64,000 nt of DNA from an uncultured Bacteroidota bacterium (GCA_903861145.1 CAIOTH010000145.1:14750-78749), one strand, 5' to 3'; positions 47,082 through 58,420 are shown, counted from the first letter of the stretch. Notes: generated by a model from the letters alone, not told the origin. Numbers and translations are program-made.

Positions 47082-47825
47082 TTAAATAGTTAATCCTCCG
47101 TCAACACTAATTACCGTACCCGAAACAAAGGCGGCGTCTTTGCTGGCTAAAAATGCATAAACATTAGCTACATCATCGGGTGTTCCCAATTTTCGCAACG
47201 GCACTTTTTCTTTCATGGCTTCAATTACTTTGGTGGGTACGGTCGCAATCATATCGGTTACAATAAAACCCGGCGCCACGGCATTAACTGTAATGTTATA
47301 CTTGCCAAGCTCGCGCGCCCAGGTTTTGGTCAATCCAATAACCCCGCTTTTTGCAGCAGCATAATTCGATTGCCCATAGTTACCATACAAACCAACAATA
47401 GAGGACGTATTGATAATAACCCCACTTTTGTTTTCTATCATATTTGCTGATACCGCTTTGGTGCAATTAAAAACACCGGTCAGGTTTACATCCAACACCT
47501 GCTGCCAGTTTTCAATCGTCATTTTTTGCAGGTTAGCATCACGCGTAATGCCGGCATTATTAATCAGCACATCAATTTTACCAAACTGCTTTAGCACAGC
47601 CGCCGTAGCATGTTCGACTTCCTCGTATTTTGCCGTATTAACCTTCATAAACCTGGCCACAAAGCCTTCGTTCAGTATCAGCAACTCTAACTCTTTGCCC
47701 TGCACCTCGTTAACATCCCAAATAGCAACGGCTGCACCTTCGCGCGTAAATTTTTCAACGGCGGCTTTGCCAATACCTGCGGCGCCACCTGTAATAACAA
47801 CTACTTTATTTTGAAATCTGGTCAT
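47082..47825 (-). CDS. Classical SDR, FabG/PhaB-like
   Basis: TGGAAGIG, INNAGITRD, NYAAAKSG (YxxxK), NAVAPGFI, VDGG. Start trimmed to ATG 47825. Confidence 0.9.
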   Translation of the reverse strand: MTRFQNKVVVITGGAAGIGKAAVEKFTREGAAVAIWDVNEVQGKELELLILNEGFVARFMKVNTAKYEEVEHATAAVLKQFGKIDVLINNAGITRDANLQKMTIENWQQVLDVNLTGVFNCTKAVSANMIENKSGVIINTSSIVGLYGNYGQSNYAAAKSGVIGLTKTWARELGKYNITVNAVAPGFIVTDMIATVPTKVIEAMKEKVPLRKLGTPDDVANVYAFLASKDAAFVSGTVISVDGGLTI

Positions 47826-47839
47826 AAAAAACAATTTTG

Positions 47840-47934
47840 GCCACTAAGGCACGAAGACACAAAGAATACAATTTATAAATTAAGCCATTAAACACTTGTT
47901 ATTTTACTTCTTTGTGCCTTAGTGTCTTTGTGGC
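47840..47934. repeat. REP-like octamer-periodic element, copy 4
   Basis: GCCACTAAGGCACGAAGACACAAAGAA (47840-47866) and TTCTTTGTGCCTTAGTGTCTTTGTGGC (47908-47934) form a 23/27 inverted match. Confidence 0.8.
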
Positions 47935-47990
47935 AAATTATATAAAGCAAGATGGGGATTTTATTATTTTAGGCAACTTATTTTTTAGGC

Positions 47991-50174
47991 ATGTCCACCA
48001 TTCAGCAAGCGCAACAAATTCTTAAACATAAATTCGGTTACGACAGTTTCCGTTTAGAGCAACAGAATGCTATACAGCATGTTCTGCATAGAAAGGATTG
48101 CCTGGTGCTGATGCCCACCGGTGGCGGAAAATCTATTTGCTACCAAATACCGGCCTTAATGTTTGAAGGGCTTACCGTTGTGGTATCTCCCCTCATTTCG
48201 TTGATGAAAGACCAGGTAGATGCTTTGCGCGCCAATGGTATTGGGGCCGCTTATCTTAACTCCAGCCTAAGCAGTACCGACCAGGGACAAATTATGCAGC
48301 TGGCGCAGGATGGCAAAATTAAACTGCTGTATGTGGCGCCTGAACGCCTATTACAACAGGGAGATTATTTTCTGAACTTTTTGAGCGGCATTAATGTTTC
48401 ACTGTTCGCCATTGATGAGGCACACTGTATTAGTAGCTGGGGCCATGATTTCAGGCCCGAGTATATGCAACTGGCAAGGTTAAAGCACTTGTTCCCTAAT
48501 GTACCGGTTGTTGCACTTACAGCCACCGCCGATAAACTAGTGCGTAAAGACATACTGGAGAAACTGGAGCTTCACCAGCCTCAAACTTTCATTTCGAGTT
48601 TTAATCGGGCTAACATTCGGTATTATGTTGAGGCTAAGAAAAACTTCTATCCTAAGTTGTTGGAATTTTTGGCAAAGCGAAAAGATGAGAGCGGCATTAT
48701 TTATTGCCTTTCGCGCGCTGGCACCGAGGCGCTGGCCGAAGATTTACGGCAAGATGGATTTAACGCTGTTGCTTACCATGCAGGCCTTGATAAGGGCATC
48801 CGCGAACGGGCGCAGGAGAAATTTATACGCGATGATGTAAAAATTATTGTAGCCACTATAGCATTTGGTATGGGCATCGACAAACCCAACGTGCGTTTTG
48901 TAATACACGCCGACCTCCCCAAAAATATTGAAGGCTATTACCAGGAAACAGGTAGAGCGGGAAGGGATGGTTTACAAAGCGAGGCCATACTTTACTTTTC
49001 ATCTGGCGATGTGGTGAAAATGAAGAAGTTTGTAATGATTGATAAGAATCCTGAGCAAACTAAAATACTGATTCGCAAGCTTGACCAGATGGCAAAGTTT
49101 GCCCAGCTTACCACCTGTCGCCGCAAATATTTACTGAACTATTTTGACGAATCGGCCCCCGACCAATGTGGCAGTTGTGATGTGTGTTTAAGCAAGTACG
49201 ATTTGGTAGATGCTACCATTATTGCGCAAAAGGCACTCTCGGCTGTATTTCGTCTGAATCAAAACTTTGGCTTGACGTATACCATTGATTTTTTGCGCGG
49301 TTCGAAAGCTGAAAAAATAAGAGAGGAGCATAAGCTGATAAAAACCTATGGTGTTGGTGCCGATATTTCGAAAGAAGAATGGCAGGTTTATTTCCGCGAC
49401 TTAATTGCGCGAGGATATTTGCAACAAACCGAAGGAGAATACCCAACGCTTAAGTTGACCGAAAAAAGCGAAGACGTTTTAAAGGGACGCGTAAAAGTTG
49501 AGTTGGCTAAAACCAAAACGATTGAAGAAGCCAAAGCACCGAGAGGCACACAGGCCGAGGTTAGCTACGAAAAAGAGTTGTATGCAGATTTGAAAGAATT
49601 GCGCCGAACAATTGCGGATAGTGCCAATGTGCCACCATATATTATCCTGGGGGATTCAACATTGATAGAAATGGCGGCCTATCTGCCACAAAGCATGGAA
49701 GAGCTAAGAAAAATAAGCGGTTTTGGTGATGTTAAGTTACAGCGTTTTGGAAGGGAGTTTTTGAATTGCGTTATGGACTATACGCGAAGAAAAAAAATGG
49801 CATCACGCATGGAGCTCAAGCAACCAAAACGCGAGAAAAGAGCAAAAGCCCCCATTAAAGCAGATACAGGTAGATTTAATAATACCTACCAGGTTAGTTT
49901 AGACATGCACCGGCAGGGATCCAGTATTCATGAGATTGCCGAGCAACGCAAAATGTCTCCGCAAACAATCGCCAACCACTTAGCTCAATTTGTTGAATCG
50001 GGTGATTTGAATGTGACCGACTTTGTGTCTCGAGCTAAGATTGAGCGCTTAAAAGATTTGATTGACAAATACGGCTACATGTCGCTGAAAACGATAAAGG
50101 ATAATGCCGGTGATGATATAACCTACAATGATATCAAGTTTGTGGTGAGCAGTATTTTGTCGGTTAATAATTAG
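47991..50174 (+). CDS. recQ: DNA helicase RecQ
   Basis: [45 protein letters not shown], Zn/RQC (CRR...CGSCDVC), HRDC and C-terminal HTH. Confidence 0.97.
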   Translation: MSTIQQAQQILKHKFGYDSFRLEQQNAIQHVLHRKDCLVLMPTGGGKSICYQIPALMFEGLTVVVSPLISLMKDQVDALRANGIGAAYLNSSLSSTDQGQIMQLAQDGKIKLLYVAPERLLQQGDYFLNFLSGINVSLFAIDEAHCISSWGHDFRPEYMQLARLKHLFPNVPVVALTATADKLVRKDILEKLELHQPQTFISSFNRANIRYYVEAKKNFYPKLLEFLAKRKDESGIIYCLSRAGTEALAEDLRQDGFNAVAYHAGLDKGIRERAQEKFIRDDVKIIVATIAFGMGIDKPNVRFVIHADLPKNIEGYYQETGRAGRDGLQSEAILYFSSGDVVKMKKFVMIDKNPEQTKILIRKLDQMAKFAQLTTCRRKYLLNYFDESAPDQCGSCDVCLSKYDLVDATIIAQKALSAVFRLNQNFGLTYTIDFLRGSKAEKIREEHKLIKTYGVGADISKEEWQVYFRDLIARGYLQQTEGEYPTLKLTEKSEDVLKGRVKVELAKTKTIEEAKAPRGTQAEVSYEKELYADLKELRRTIADSANVPPYIILGDSTLIEMAAYLPQSMEELRKISGFGDVKLQRFGREFLNCVMDYTRRKKMASRMELKQPKREKRAKAPIKADTGRFNNTYQVSLDMHRQGSSIHEIAEQRKMSPQTIANHLAQFVESGDLNVTDFVSRAKIERLKDLIDKYGYMSLKTIKDNAGDDITYNDIKFVVSSILSVNN

Positions 50175-50285
50175 AGCAATTCAATTTGTCACGGAGGATT
50201 ACTAATTATAAGGTTAACGGACTCAGTTCTATCCTTTTAATATATTTCATACATTAGCCTCCGCCATTCAACTTAACCAACAACT

Positions 50286-52109
50286 ATGAAAATCAATTTA
50301 AACGCACTCATCATTTTATTGCTTGCCGTTTCTTTAACCGCTTGCCGCAGTAAAAAGGAAGATAACTCGGCAATACAGGGCCAATTGCAAAAGTACCTGG
50401 ACGACTACAATGCTAAATATCAAAAGTTCGCCTATGCCGATAATCTCGCGCAGTGGGAATTGAATACGCACATTGTTGAAGGCGATACTATAGCGCAGCA
50501 TAATGCATCCATTGCAAGCCAGGCGCTGGCCGATTATACGGGTAGCATAGCAAACATTGATTCGTGCAAAAAGTATTTGGCAATTAAGGATAAGTTAACT
50601 CCAATCCAAGCGCGCCAGTTAGATGCTATTTTGTTTTTAGCCGGTGGAAACCCCGCCAGCGCAGGCGATGTGGTGAAGAAAAGAATTGATGCTTACAACG
50701 CCGCAATTCAAAAACTGTATGGATTTAAGTTTGAAATGAATGGCAAGGAAGTTTCGCCTAACCAGATTGATGGAATTTTACGTAAGTCGGATGATTTGAA
50801 AGAGCGCCTTGCAGCATGGAACGCCAGCAAAGAAGTAGGCAAGACCTTAAGACCCGGTTTAGTTGAATTGCGCGATCTGCGCAACAAATGTGTTGCCCCG
50901 CTTAACTACAAAGATTACTTTGCTTACAATGCTTCGCAATATGGCTTAAGCACCGATTCCTTGCTGCAACTTACCCGCAGCATTATACGCGATGTTTGGC
51001 CTTTGTATCGTGAGTTGCATACCTGGACTCGTTATCACTTAGCCGAAAAATATAAGCAACCGGTGCCTGATTTTATTCCTGCACAATGGTTGCCAAATCG
51101 TTGGGGACAGGATTGGAGTGAGTTGGTAGACGTAAAAGGTTTGAACATTGACAACTACCTGAAAGGAAAAGGCCCTGAGTGGATACCGCGCGAATCGGAG
51201 AAGTTCTATATGAGCATTGGTTTCGATTCGCTGCCACAAAGTTTCTGGGATAAATCATCGCTTTACCCGGTTGATACTAAAGCCGGCTTCAAGAAAAACA
51301 CCCATGCCTCGGCCTGGCACCTTGATTATGACCAGGATATTCGTTCGCTGCAAAGTATTGAAGCTAATACTGAATGGTGGGCAACCTGTTTGCACGAGTT
51401 TGGGCATGTGTATTATTTCAAAAGCTACTCAAATCCTAATGTGCCTGTAGTATTGCGCAATGGCGCTAACCGTGGTTACCATGAGGCCTTTGGAACGATG
51501 ATGGGGCTTGCCGCTTTGCAAAAACCTTTTTTAGTAGGGCTGGGTATGGTTGATAGCAATGTTGTTACTAACGATACGCTGGTAATGCTTAAGCAGGCGC
51601 TGCAATACATTATACAAATACCATGGGGAAGTGGAACTATGACGGAGTTTGAGCACGACCTTTATTCTGAAAACCTTTCGGCCGACCAGTTTAATGCCAA
51701 GTGGTGGGAATTGGTTAAATCTTTCCAGGGTATCGTTCCGCCTGCAACGCGTGGTGAGGAGTATTGCGATGCTGCAACTAAAACACACATTACAGATGAC
51801 CCTGCAGCTTATTATGATTACTCTATTGCCAACGTATTATTGTTCCAGGCGCATACTTTTATTGCTGATAGCATTTTGCATCAAAGCCCGCATGCTACCA
51901 ACTATTGGGGCAATAAAGGCATTGGCGATTTCCTGAAAAAGATAATGACCCCCGGTGCCAGTGTTGATTGGAGAGAGCATTTACAAAACTGCATACACAG
52001 CGATTTAAGCGCTAAGCCTTTAGTTGATTATTTCGGGCCGTTAATGGTTTGGTTGAAAAAGGAAAATACAGGCCGCAAGTATACTTTGCCTGAGAAGGCG
52101 CCGTATTAG
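50286..52109 (+). CDS. M2-family metallopeptidase (ACE-like peptidyl-dipeptidase), lipoprotein
   Basis: Lipobox LTA-C, LPNRWGQDW, HASAW, LHEFGH, GYHEAFG, DAATKTHI. Confidence 0.9.
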   Translation: MKINLNALIILLLAVSLTACRSKKEDNSAIQGQLQKYLDDYNAKYQKFAYADNLAQWELNTHIVEGDTIAQHNASIASQALADYTGSIANIDSCKKYLAIKDKLTPIQARQLDAILFLAGGNPASAGDVVKKRIDAYNAAIQKLYGFKFEMNGKEVSPNQIDGILRKSDDLKERLAAWNASKEVGKTLRPGLVELRDLRNKCVAPLNYKDYFAYNASQYGLSTDSLLQLTRSIIRDVWPLYRELHTWTRYHLAEKYKQPVPDFIPAQWLPNRWGQDWSELVDVKGLNIDNYLKGKGPEWIPRESEKFYMSIGFDSLPQSFWDKSSLYPVDTKAGFKKNTHASAWHLDYDQDIRSLQSIEANTEWWATCLHEFGHVYYFKSYSNPNVPVVLRNGANRGYHEAFGTMMGLAALQKPFLVGLGMVDSNVVTNDTLVMLKQALQYIIQIPWGSGTMTEFEHDLYSENLSADQFNAKWWELVKSFQGIVPPATRGEEYCDAATKTHITDDPAAYYDYSIANVLLFQAHTFIADSILHQSPHATNYWGNKGIGDFLKKIMTPGASVDWREHLQNCIHSDLSAKPLVDYFGPLMVWLKKENTGRKYTLPEKAPY

Positions 52110-52125
52110 GTCAGGATAAATACCT

Positions 52126-52641
52126 GTGGCTATGGAACGCTTTCTTAAACTACCACGTGCCTTTCATTTTATTGTTGGATCAATGCTTGCCATTGCTTTT
52201 TGCATAAGAGTAGGTTCAAATGTTTATTTGCTATTGGTTCGTTGCGCTTTTATAGCCTATTGGTTAATTTATCCGTATGCGATTGCAGCAACCTTGTCGT
52301 TGCGAATAAGCAAAAGGATTGACTTGAATTTGACTCTGTTCTCTATTAATTGGATAGCTACTTTCATATGTTTTACTTTAGTGCAGGTTGCTTCTTTTAT
52401 TTATGAAAAGGATGAGTTTCAGGTCCATGGTCCATTAGCTCTGCTAGGGTTTTATTTGATTTATGCATTTATTTTCAGCTTCCTTTTCCCGGCGAAAATT
52501 ATAAAGACCATTGAAAGAGGGACTGAAGTAAGATACGGCGAGGCTTTAGGTGCTTTCTTACTACTCATTTTCATGCCTATTAATGTTTTAACGATGCATA
52601 AGCGCGTTCTTGAAGCTCTTAAAAAGTCTGTTATCCGATAA
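52126..52641 (+). CDS. Hypothetical integral membrane protein
   Basis: Five to six hydrophobic segments, AT-rich, co-directional in the gene run. Confidence 0.65.
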   Translation: MAMERFLKLPRAFHFIVGSMLAIAFCIRVGSNVYLLLVRCAFIAYWLIYPYAIAATLSLRISKRIDLNLTLFSINWIATFICFTLVQVASFIYEKDEFQVHGPLALLGFYLIYAFIFSFLFPAKIIKTIERGTEVRYGEALGAFLLLIFMPINVLTMHKRVLEALKKSVIR

Positions 52642-52748
52642 ACCGGGCTCTTTGACTGTGTAAGACCATTTTAACAACTTCGTTTTAAAGGCAGGACACA
52701 AGGCAACCACATGGCATTTTTTGCTATCTTTATTAGTCTAAGAATACC

Positions 52749-55700
52749 GTGAAAAAATATATACTTTTTTATTGCTCTCTTATACCGTTTTTGCTGTTTG
52801 CAGGTACTCCGCGCAAGCCGGTTACCCCTGTGGCGCATGAGCAGGATTTAAGGTTTTCGGAAAACAAAGGCCAATGGAATGACCAGGCCCGCTTTAGGGC
52901 GGATATACCTTTCGGTAGTGTTTATCTTGAAAAAAACGATTTCTTTTTTGTAATGTATTCGGCTGCCGACCTGGCAAAAACCGAACACCCGGTTAAGGTT
53001 AAGGGCAAGGTAATCATCCATGGGCAGGTGATGAAGGAAGAGTTTATTGGGGCTAATCCAAATCCCTCAATAACCGGCGCAAAGCCTTTTAAGGATTATG
53101 AGAATTATTATCATGGTAACGACCCTCATCGCTGGGCCTCAGGCGTAAAAATATACCCTCAGGTAACTTATAAAGAGCTTTATAATGGGATTGATTTGAA
53201 AGTGTATACCCGTGGTAGCATGCAGCTTAAGTATGACTTTATAGTGAAGCCCGGTGCCGACGTTTCGAACATTAAGGTGCATTACAAATGGGCAAAAAGT
53301 GTGCGCCTGAAAGACAATGCCCTTCAGATTAAAACTTCGGTGGGTGATATGGTTGAAGAGCGGCCATATGCCTACCAGGAAATTGGCGGCGTACGTGTTA
53401 AGGTAGAATGCAAGTTCAATTTAAAAGATGATCAGGTAAGTTTTGATTTTCCGAACGGATACGACCGCAGCTACGCCTTAATTGTTGACCCTAATATTGT
53501 ATTCTCTACCTATACCGGTGCAACGGCCGATAACTGGGGGTATACCGCCACTTACGATAACCAACAGTGCATGTATATTGCCGGGTTAGTGCGTGCCGGG
53601 GTTGACCCGTATAATACATCAATAATCGGCGATTATTCAACTACCAACGGGGCCTTTCAATCGGTTTGGGGCGGGGGTAATGATACAACCGGTATCCAGT
53701 ATTCCTGCGATATGGGTGTTTCGAAATTTTCGGCTGATGGAAGCATGCTGTTGTTTAGAACCTTTTTGGGCGGAAGTAATAACGAAACACCTAACTCTTT
53801 AGTGGCCGATGCGCAGGATAACCTGATTATTTACGGTGTTAGTTATTCAACCGATTTTCCGGTTACGGCTAATGCGTATCAAACCACCAACCGCGGAAGC
53901 AGCGATTTGGTGGTGGTTAAATTAAACTCAACTGCAACAGCCCTTATTGGTTCAACTTATATCGGTGGCACAGGGCAGGATGGGATTAATTACGAAGGCA
54001 GCGAAGGCAATCCCGGTAACCTTAAGCGCAACTACGGCGACCAAAACAGGGGCGAAGTAAATATTGACAACAACAACAATATTTATGTTGCAAGTTGCAC
54101 CATGTCGTCCGATTTTCCGGTTAGCAACGGTGCTGCGCAGCGTACGTTTGGTGGCACCCAGGATGGTTGTGCATTTAAAATGAATAGCGACTGCTCTCAA
54201 CTTATTTGGAGCACTTATGTTGGTGGTTCTAACGATGATGCCTGTTATTCGTTAGACCTCGGGCCGCTGGGCAGCGTATATGTAGCAGGTGGCACTATGA
54301 GCTCAGATTTTCCAACCACCAGCGGTACTATACATTCAACTTACCAGGGCGGTACTTATGATGGTTTTGTTACGCGCATTAACGCCACCGGTACCCAGTT
54401 TCTTTGTTCAAGTTATTTTGGAACATCGGGTAACGACCAGATTTATGCTGTAAAACTGGATGAGGATAGCAACGTATATTTTGTGGGCCAAACCGATGGA
54501 GTTTATCCCGTGGTTAGCGCCGCATACTCCAACCCCAATAGCGGGCAGTTTGTTTCGAAAGTAAAGCCGGGTTTGGATAGTGTTTTCTACACTACTGTTT
54601 TTGGAAGCGGAAACGGCAAGCCCAATATTTCGCCAACAGCCTTTTTGGTTGATACCTGCCAAAACGTATACATAGCCGGTTGGGGAACCAGCAATAGCGA
54701 GTTTACGCAATACTTTAGCCCGCTTTACGAAAACGACATGCATAACATGCCGCTTACACCCGATGCTTTTCAAGCAACTACTGATGGAACGGATTTCTAT
54801 TTTATAGTGCTGGCAAAAGATGCGCAAAGCCTGCTATTTGCCTCGTACTTTGGCGGTGACGGTTACATTGACCATGTGGATGGTGGAACCAGCAGGTTTG
54901 ATAAACGGGGAGTAATGTACGAAGCCATTTGTGCGGGATGCGGAGGTAATTCACTAACGCCAACTACTACCGGTGCGTGGTCGCAAACTAACGATAGCTG
55001 GAATTGTAACGAGTTGGGTTTAAAAATCGCGTTCAATCTTTCAGGCACTAATGTTTCAGTTAGTGCTCACCCAAGGGCAACCGGTTGTGTGCCTCTTACA
55101 GTTCAATTTCAAAGCCAGGTATCGAACGTTACTTCTGTTACGTGGTATTTTATGGATGGAGGTACGTCCACCCAGGCTAACCCGCAACATACCTTTAGAG
55201 ATACCGGAACCTATAACGTAATGCTGGTTGGTTATAATCCGAACTCGTGTAATGTACGCGACACTGCTTACATAGCGGTGTGGGTACGTAACGATAGTTT
55301 GAGCGCCAATTTCCTTTCGAATACTACCATTCACTGCGATAGCAACATGGTTGATTTCGTTTCTCATAACTTTGCCACTACCCAATACAATTGGAATTTT
55401 GGCGATGGTGTTTCCGGCAATACCGATTCAATAGATCATCAATATCCGGGACCTGGTACATATATCGTTACGCTTATTGTTAGCGATACCAGTAAATGTA
55501 ACCTGCTCGATACTTTTTCAACGCAGATAAGAATACCCGGGCCTGTAAATGCCGCGTTTACTACTAACGATGCACGAGGTTGTATACCCCTAAACGCAAC
55601 CTTCCATTCGCCGTATGACCCTACGGGAACTTACTTTTGGAACTTTGGCGATGGTGCAGCCGACACCGGAAATATTGCCTCGGTAACACACACATATACC

Positions 55701-57305
55701 GTTGGCGATACCTTCCAGGTAAGACTGATTGTAGTTGACTCCTCTTCGTGTAACATACGCGATACCGCTTATGCTTTAGAGATTGGGGTAGATTCGTTTG
55801 CCAATGCCGCATTCCATTTTAACCGGATATTCTACCAGTGCGATTCTGTAGCCATAATTGCATGGACTGATTACCGAGGCGCCGATTCGCAGCTATGGAA
55901 TTTTGGTGACGGCACGCAAATGGCCAATGTAGATTCTGTTTCGCATACCTATTACACACCGGGTACCTACATTATAACCCATTACATAGTTGATGCCAGC
56001 ATGATATGTAAGCCTATGGATACCGACCGCATAGCGGTAAGCCTGGTGCCATTACATATTACGGCTGTAATACCCGATACGGTGAGGTGCCTTCCGCTAG
56101 ATGTTCATTTTACAGGCAGTTCAATTTTGCTTTCAACTGATTTTTATTGGTTTTTTGGCGATGGCGATTCTACTTCCGGTGATTCGGTTTCGCATATTTA
56201 TGATTACCCGGGAACTTACCGCGTTAAACTGGTTGCCATCGATTCTAACGCCTGTGTTCAAGGCGATTCAGCTTTCGGTTTTATTACCATTATTAATGAT
56301 TCCGTTCATGCCAATTTTGAATTGAATATTGTGCACGACTGCGATTCGTTGTTGCAGTTAAACCTGGTGAACACAAGCCGTGGGGCCATATCATATTCCT
56401 GGACGTTGGGTGATGGTACAACCTCAACCCTACAAGACCAAAACCTTACTTACACTGCACCCGGCACTTACACCATAACTTTAATTGCCGTTGACCCGGC
56501 GCGTTGTTACCCGGCAGATACCATTAAGAAAAAAGTAACTCTGCTGCCTAATGTAAATGGCGATTTTGCGGTTAACCCTGCATGTAAGGGTGAGGCTGTT
56601 CAATTTACCAACCTCAGTAATCCGGCCTTGCATTTTGTGTGGTATTTTGGCGATGGTGCCTCATCAAATATTTTTTCTCCTTCACATTCTTATTCGAGTG
56701 CAGGGACTTTTAATCCGCGCCTGATTATTATTGATTCTTCAACCTGTAACATTACTGATACAGTTACTCATTCGGTGCAGATACTATCAAATCCGGTAGC
56801 TAATTTTAGTTTGCCCGGAGATACTTTGAAGTTTGAAAAGCCGGTTGTATTTACAAACGCAAGTGTGAACTACAACCAATTACTTTGGAATTTTGGCGAT
56901 TCAACAGCTACCAGTGATGAAACGAATCCGACTCACGTTTTCGAAAAGGTAGGCTGGATAAATATTTGCCTTACCGCTTCGAACGATTTGTGTGCCGATA
57001 CTTTTTGCAAACAGATTTTTGTTGCCTTTACGCCGATTATTGGTGTGCCCAATGCTTTTTCGCCGAATGGAGATGGTGTAAATGATGTGGTATTTGTTGA
57101 AGGCAAAGGAATTACAGAATTGGTTTTCAGAATTTACAACCGCTGGGGCGAAAAGGTATTTGAATCGCACGACCAAAGTGTTGGCTGGAATGGGTTTTAC
57201 AAAGGCGTTTTACAGGAAGTAGAGGTTTACACCTATACCGTTGAAGCAACTTTTATTAACGGACGAACAATTCCGTTAAAGGGTAACATTACTTTGTTAA
57301 GATAG
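52749..57305 (+). CDS. T9SS type-B cargo: N-terminal domain, beta-propeller (SBBP-like) repeats, about 8 PKD domains, gliding-motility C-terminal domain
   Basis: FSENKGQW, LIVDPNIVFSTY, YVAGGTMSSDFP repeats, WNFGDG/HTYxxPGTY PKD motifs, VPNAFSPNGDGVND...IYNRWGEKVF...KGNITLLR. Confidence 0.9.
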   Translation: MKKYILFYCSLIPFLLFAGTPRKPVTPVAHEQDLRFSENKGQWNDQARFRADIPFGSVYLEKNDFFFVMYSAADLAKTEHPVKVKGKVIIHGQVMKEEFIGANPNPSITGAKPFKDYENYYHGNDPHRWASGVKIYPQVTYKELYNGIDLKVYTRGSMQLKYDFIVKPGADVSNIKVHYKWAKSVRLKDNALQIKTSVGDMVEERPYAYQEIGGVRVKVECKFNLKDDQVSFDFPNGYDRSYALIVDPNIVFSTYTGATADNWGYTATYDNQQCMYIAGLVRAGVDPYNTSIIGDYSTTNGAFQSVWGGGNDTTGIQYSCDMGVSKFSADGSMLLFRTFLGGSNNETPNSLVADAQDNLIIYGVSYSTDFPVTANAYQTTNRGSSDLVVVKLNSTATALIGSTYIGGTGQDGINYEGSEGNPGNLKRNYGDQNRGEVNIDNNNNIYVASCTMSSDFPVSNGAAQRTFGGTQDGCAFKMNSDCSQLIWSTYVGGSNDDACYSLDLGPLGSVYVAGGTMSSDFPTTSGTIHSTYQGGTYDGFVTRINATGTQFLCSSYFGTSGNDQIYAVKLDEDSNVYFVGQTDGVYPVVSAAYSNPNSGQFVSKVKPGLDSVFYTTVFGSGNGKPNISPTAFLVDTCQNVYIAGWGTSNSEFTQYFSPLYENDMHNMPLTPDAFQATTDGTDFYFIVLAKDAQSLLFASYFGGDGYIDHVDGGTSRFDKRGVMYEAICAGCGGNSLTPTTTGAWSQTNDSWNCNELGLKIAFNLSGTNVSVSAHPRATGCVPLTVQFQSQVSNVTSVTWYFMDGGTSTQANPQHTFRDTGTYNVMLVGYNPNSCNVRDTAYIAVWVRNDSLSANFLSNTTIHCDSNMVDFVSHNFATTQYNWNFGDGVSGNTDSIDHQYPGPGTYIVTLIVSDTSKCNLLDTFSTQIRIPGPVNAAFTTNDARGCIPLNATFHSPYDPTGTYFWNFGDGAADTGNIASVTHTYTVGDTFQVRLIVVDSSSCNIRDTAYALEIGVDSFANAAFHFNRIFYQCDSVAIIAWTDYRGADSQLWNFGDGTQMANVDSVSHTYYTPGTYIITHYIVDASMICKPMDTDRIAVSLVPLHITAVIPDTVRCLPLDVHFTGSSILLSTDFYWFFGDGDSTSGDSVSHIYDYPGTYRVKLVAIDSNACVQGDSAFGFITIINDSVHANFELNIVHDCDSLLQLNLVNTSRGAISYSWTLGDGTTSTLQDQNLTYTAPGTYTITLIAVDPARCYPADTIKKKVTLLPNVNGDFAVNPACKGEAVQFTNLSNPALHFVWYFGDGASSNIFSPSHSYSSAGTFNPRLIIIDSSTCNITDTVTHSVQILSNPVANFSLPGDTLKFEKPVVFTNASVNYNQLLWNFGDSTATSDETNPTHVFEKVGWINICLTASNDLCADTFCKQIFVAFTPIIGVPNAFSPNGDGVNDVVFVEGKGITELVFRIYNRWGEKVFESHDQSVGWNGFYKGVLQEVEVYTYTVEATFINGRTIPLKGNITLLR

Positions 57306-57377
57306 TGAGTTATGAGTGGCGCAGGGATAACAACTGGAATTAAATGGAGTAAGCGCGGTCTACGTAAAACTGTAGCC

Positions 57378-58412
57378 ATGCGGTTTGTCCTGCTGCTGTT
57401 GTGTTACGTCATTTCTCCTACGTTCTCTTTTTCGCAGGATATTCACTTCACGCAATTTTTTACAAACCCGCTGCTTTTAAATCCTGCGCAAACGGGCAAT
57501 TTTAATGGCAACTACCGCATAGGTTTTAATTTCAGGGGGGAGTGGCCCTGGGCTATCGGCAACACCAGTCCGTACAATTATCATACTGAAACGCCCTATG
57601 TAGATTTCTCTTTTTTGGAAAACAAAATTACCTCGGGTTGGATGGGTATTGGTTTCAGCTTTTTGAATGACGAAGCCGGTGACGGGCAACTTACCTACCG
57701 AAGATTTAATTTAAGCTATGCCTATCACCAGGCATTTGATAAAGACCGCCGGTATGTGCTTTCAGCCGGGGCGAATGTTAGTTACATCATCCGCTCAATA
57801 GATTTTGCTAAGTTGTATTTTAACGACCAGTGGGTAGATGAAGAAGGATTCAATACCAACATCAATCCGCACGAGCCCATTATACGCCAAAGCTTTGGTA
57901 TGGTTGACCTTGCTGCCGGGCTTAATTTCGCCGCTCAAATTACCGAGCGATTTAAATTTGATGTTGGCTTCTCCATGTTACACATTAATCAACCCCGCGA
58001 TAATTTTTATGCGGATGCAGAGCGATTAGGCTTCAGGTATCAACCAACCGCAGGCATACAATATACCATTAGCGATAAACTTACTTTAACTGCAAATGCC
58101 TATTACGGTTATGAAAAACAAGCATCAGAAGGGTTGATAAGCGCTATGCTTGAATACGGATTTATTAATAAGAAATCATCAGTAGCTGATAACTCGGTTT
58201 ATTTTGGAGCATGCTATCGTGTAAACGATGCGCTTGCTCCCATATTCGGCTATCAAATAAAAAAAACGAGATTGCTGTTGAGCTATGATGTTACCCTATC
58301 TCAACTTCTTAATCCTGCACGTGCCAATGGCGGCCCTGAAATATCGCTTGTGCATGTAGGTAGTTTTACACGCGAGTTTAATGGGAAGAAGGTGTATTGC
58401 CCTAGATTTTAA
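57378..58412 (+). CDS. PorP/SprF family T9SS outer-membrane barrel
   Basis: QDIHFTQFFTNPLLLNPAQTG, HINQP, LSYDVT and EISL motifs; directly after a type-B CTD gene. Start trimmed to ATG 57378. Confidence 0.9.
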   Translation: MRFVLLLLCYVISPTFSFSQDIHFTQFFTNPLLLNPAQTGNFNGNYRIGFNFRGEWPWAIGNTSPYNYHTETPYVDFSFLENKITSGWMGIGFSFLNDEAGDGQLTYRRFNLSYAYHQAFDKDRRYVLSAGANVSYIIRSIDFAKLYFNDQWVDEEGFNTNINPHEPIIRQSFGMVDLAAGLNFAAQITERFKFDVGFSMLHINQPRDNFYADAERLGFRYQPTAGIQYTISDKLTLTANAYYGYEKQASEGLISAMLEYGFINKKSSVADNSVYFGACYRVNDALAPIFGYQIKKTRLLLSYDVTLSQLLNPARANGGPEISLVHVGSFTREFNGKKVYCPRF

Positions 58413-58420
58413 TTAGAGGC

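Noticed and set aside
53952-57176. Minus-strand ORFs within the PKD protein gene
   Set aside because: Shadow frames of a well-supported CDS.
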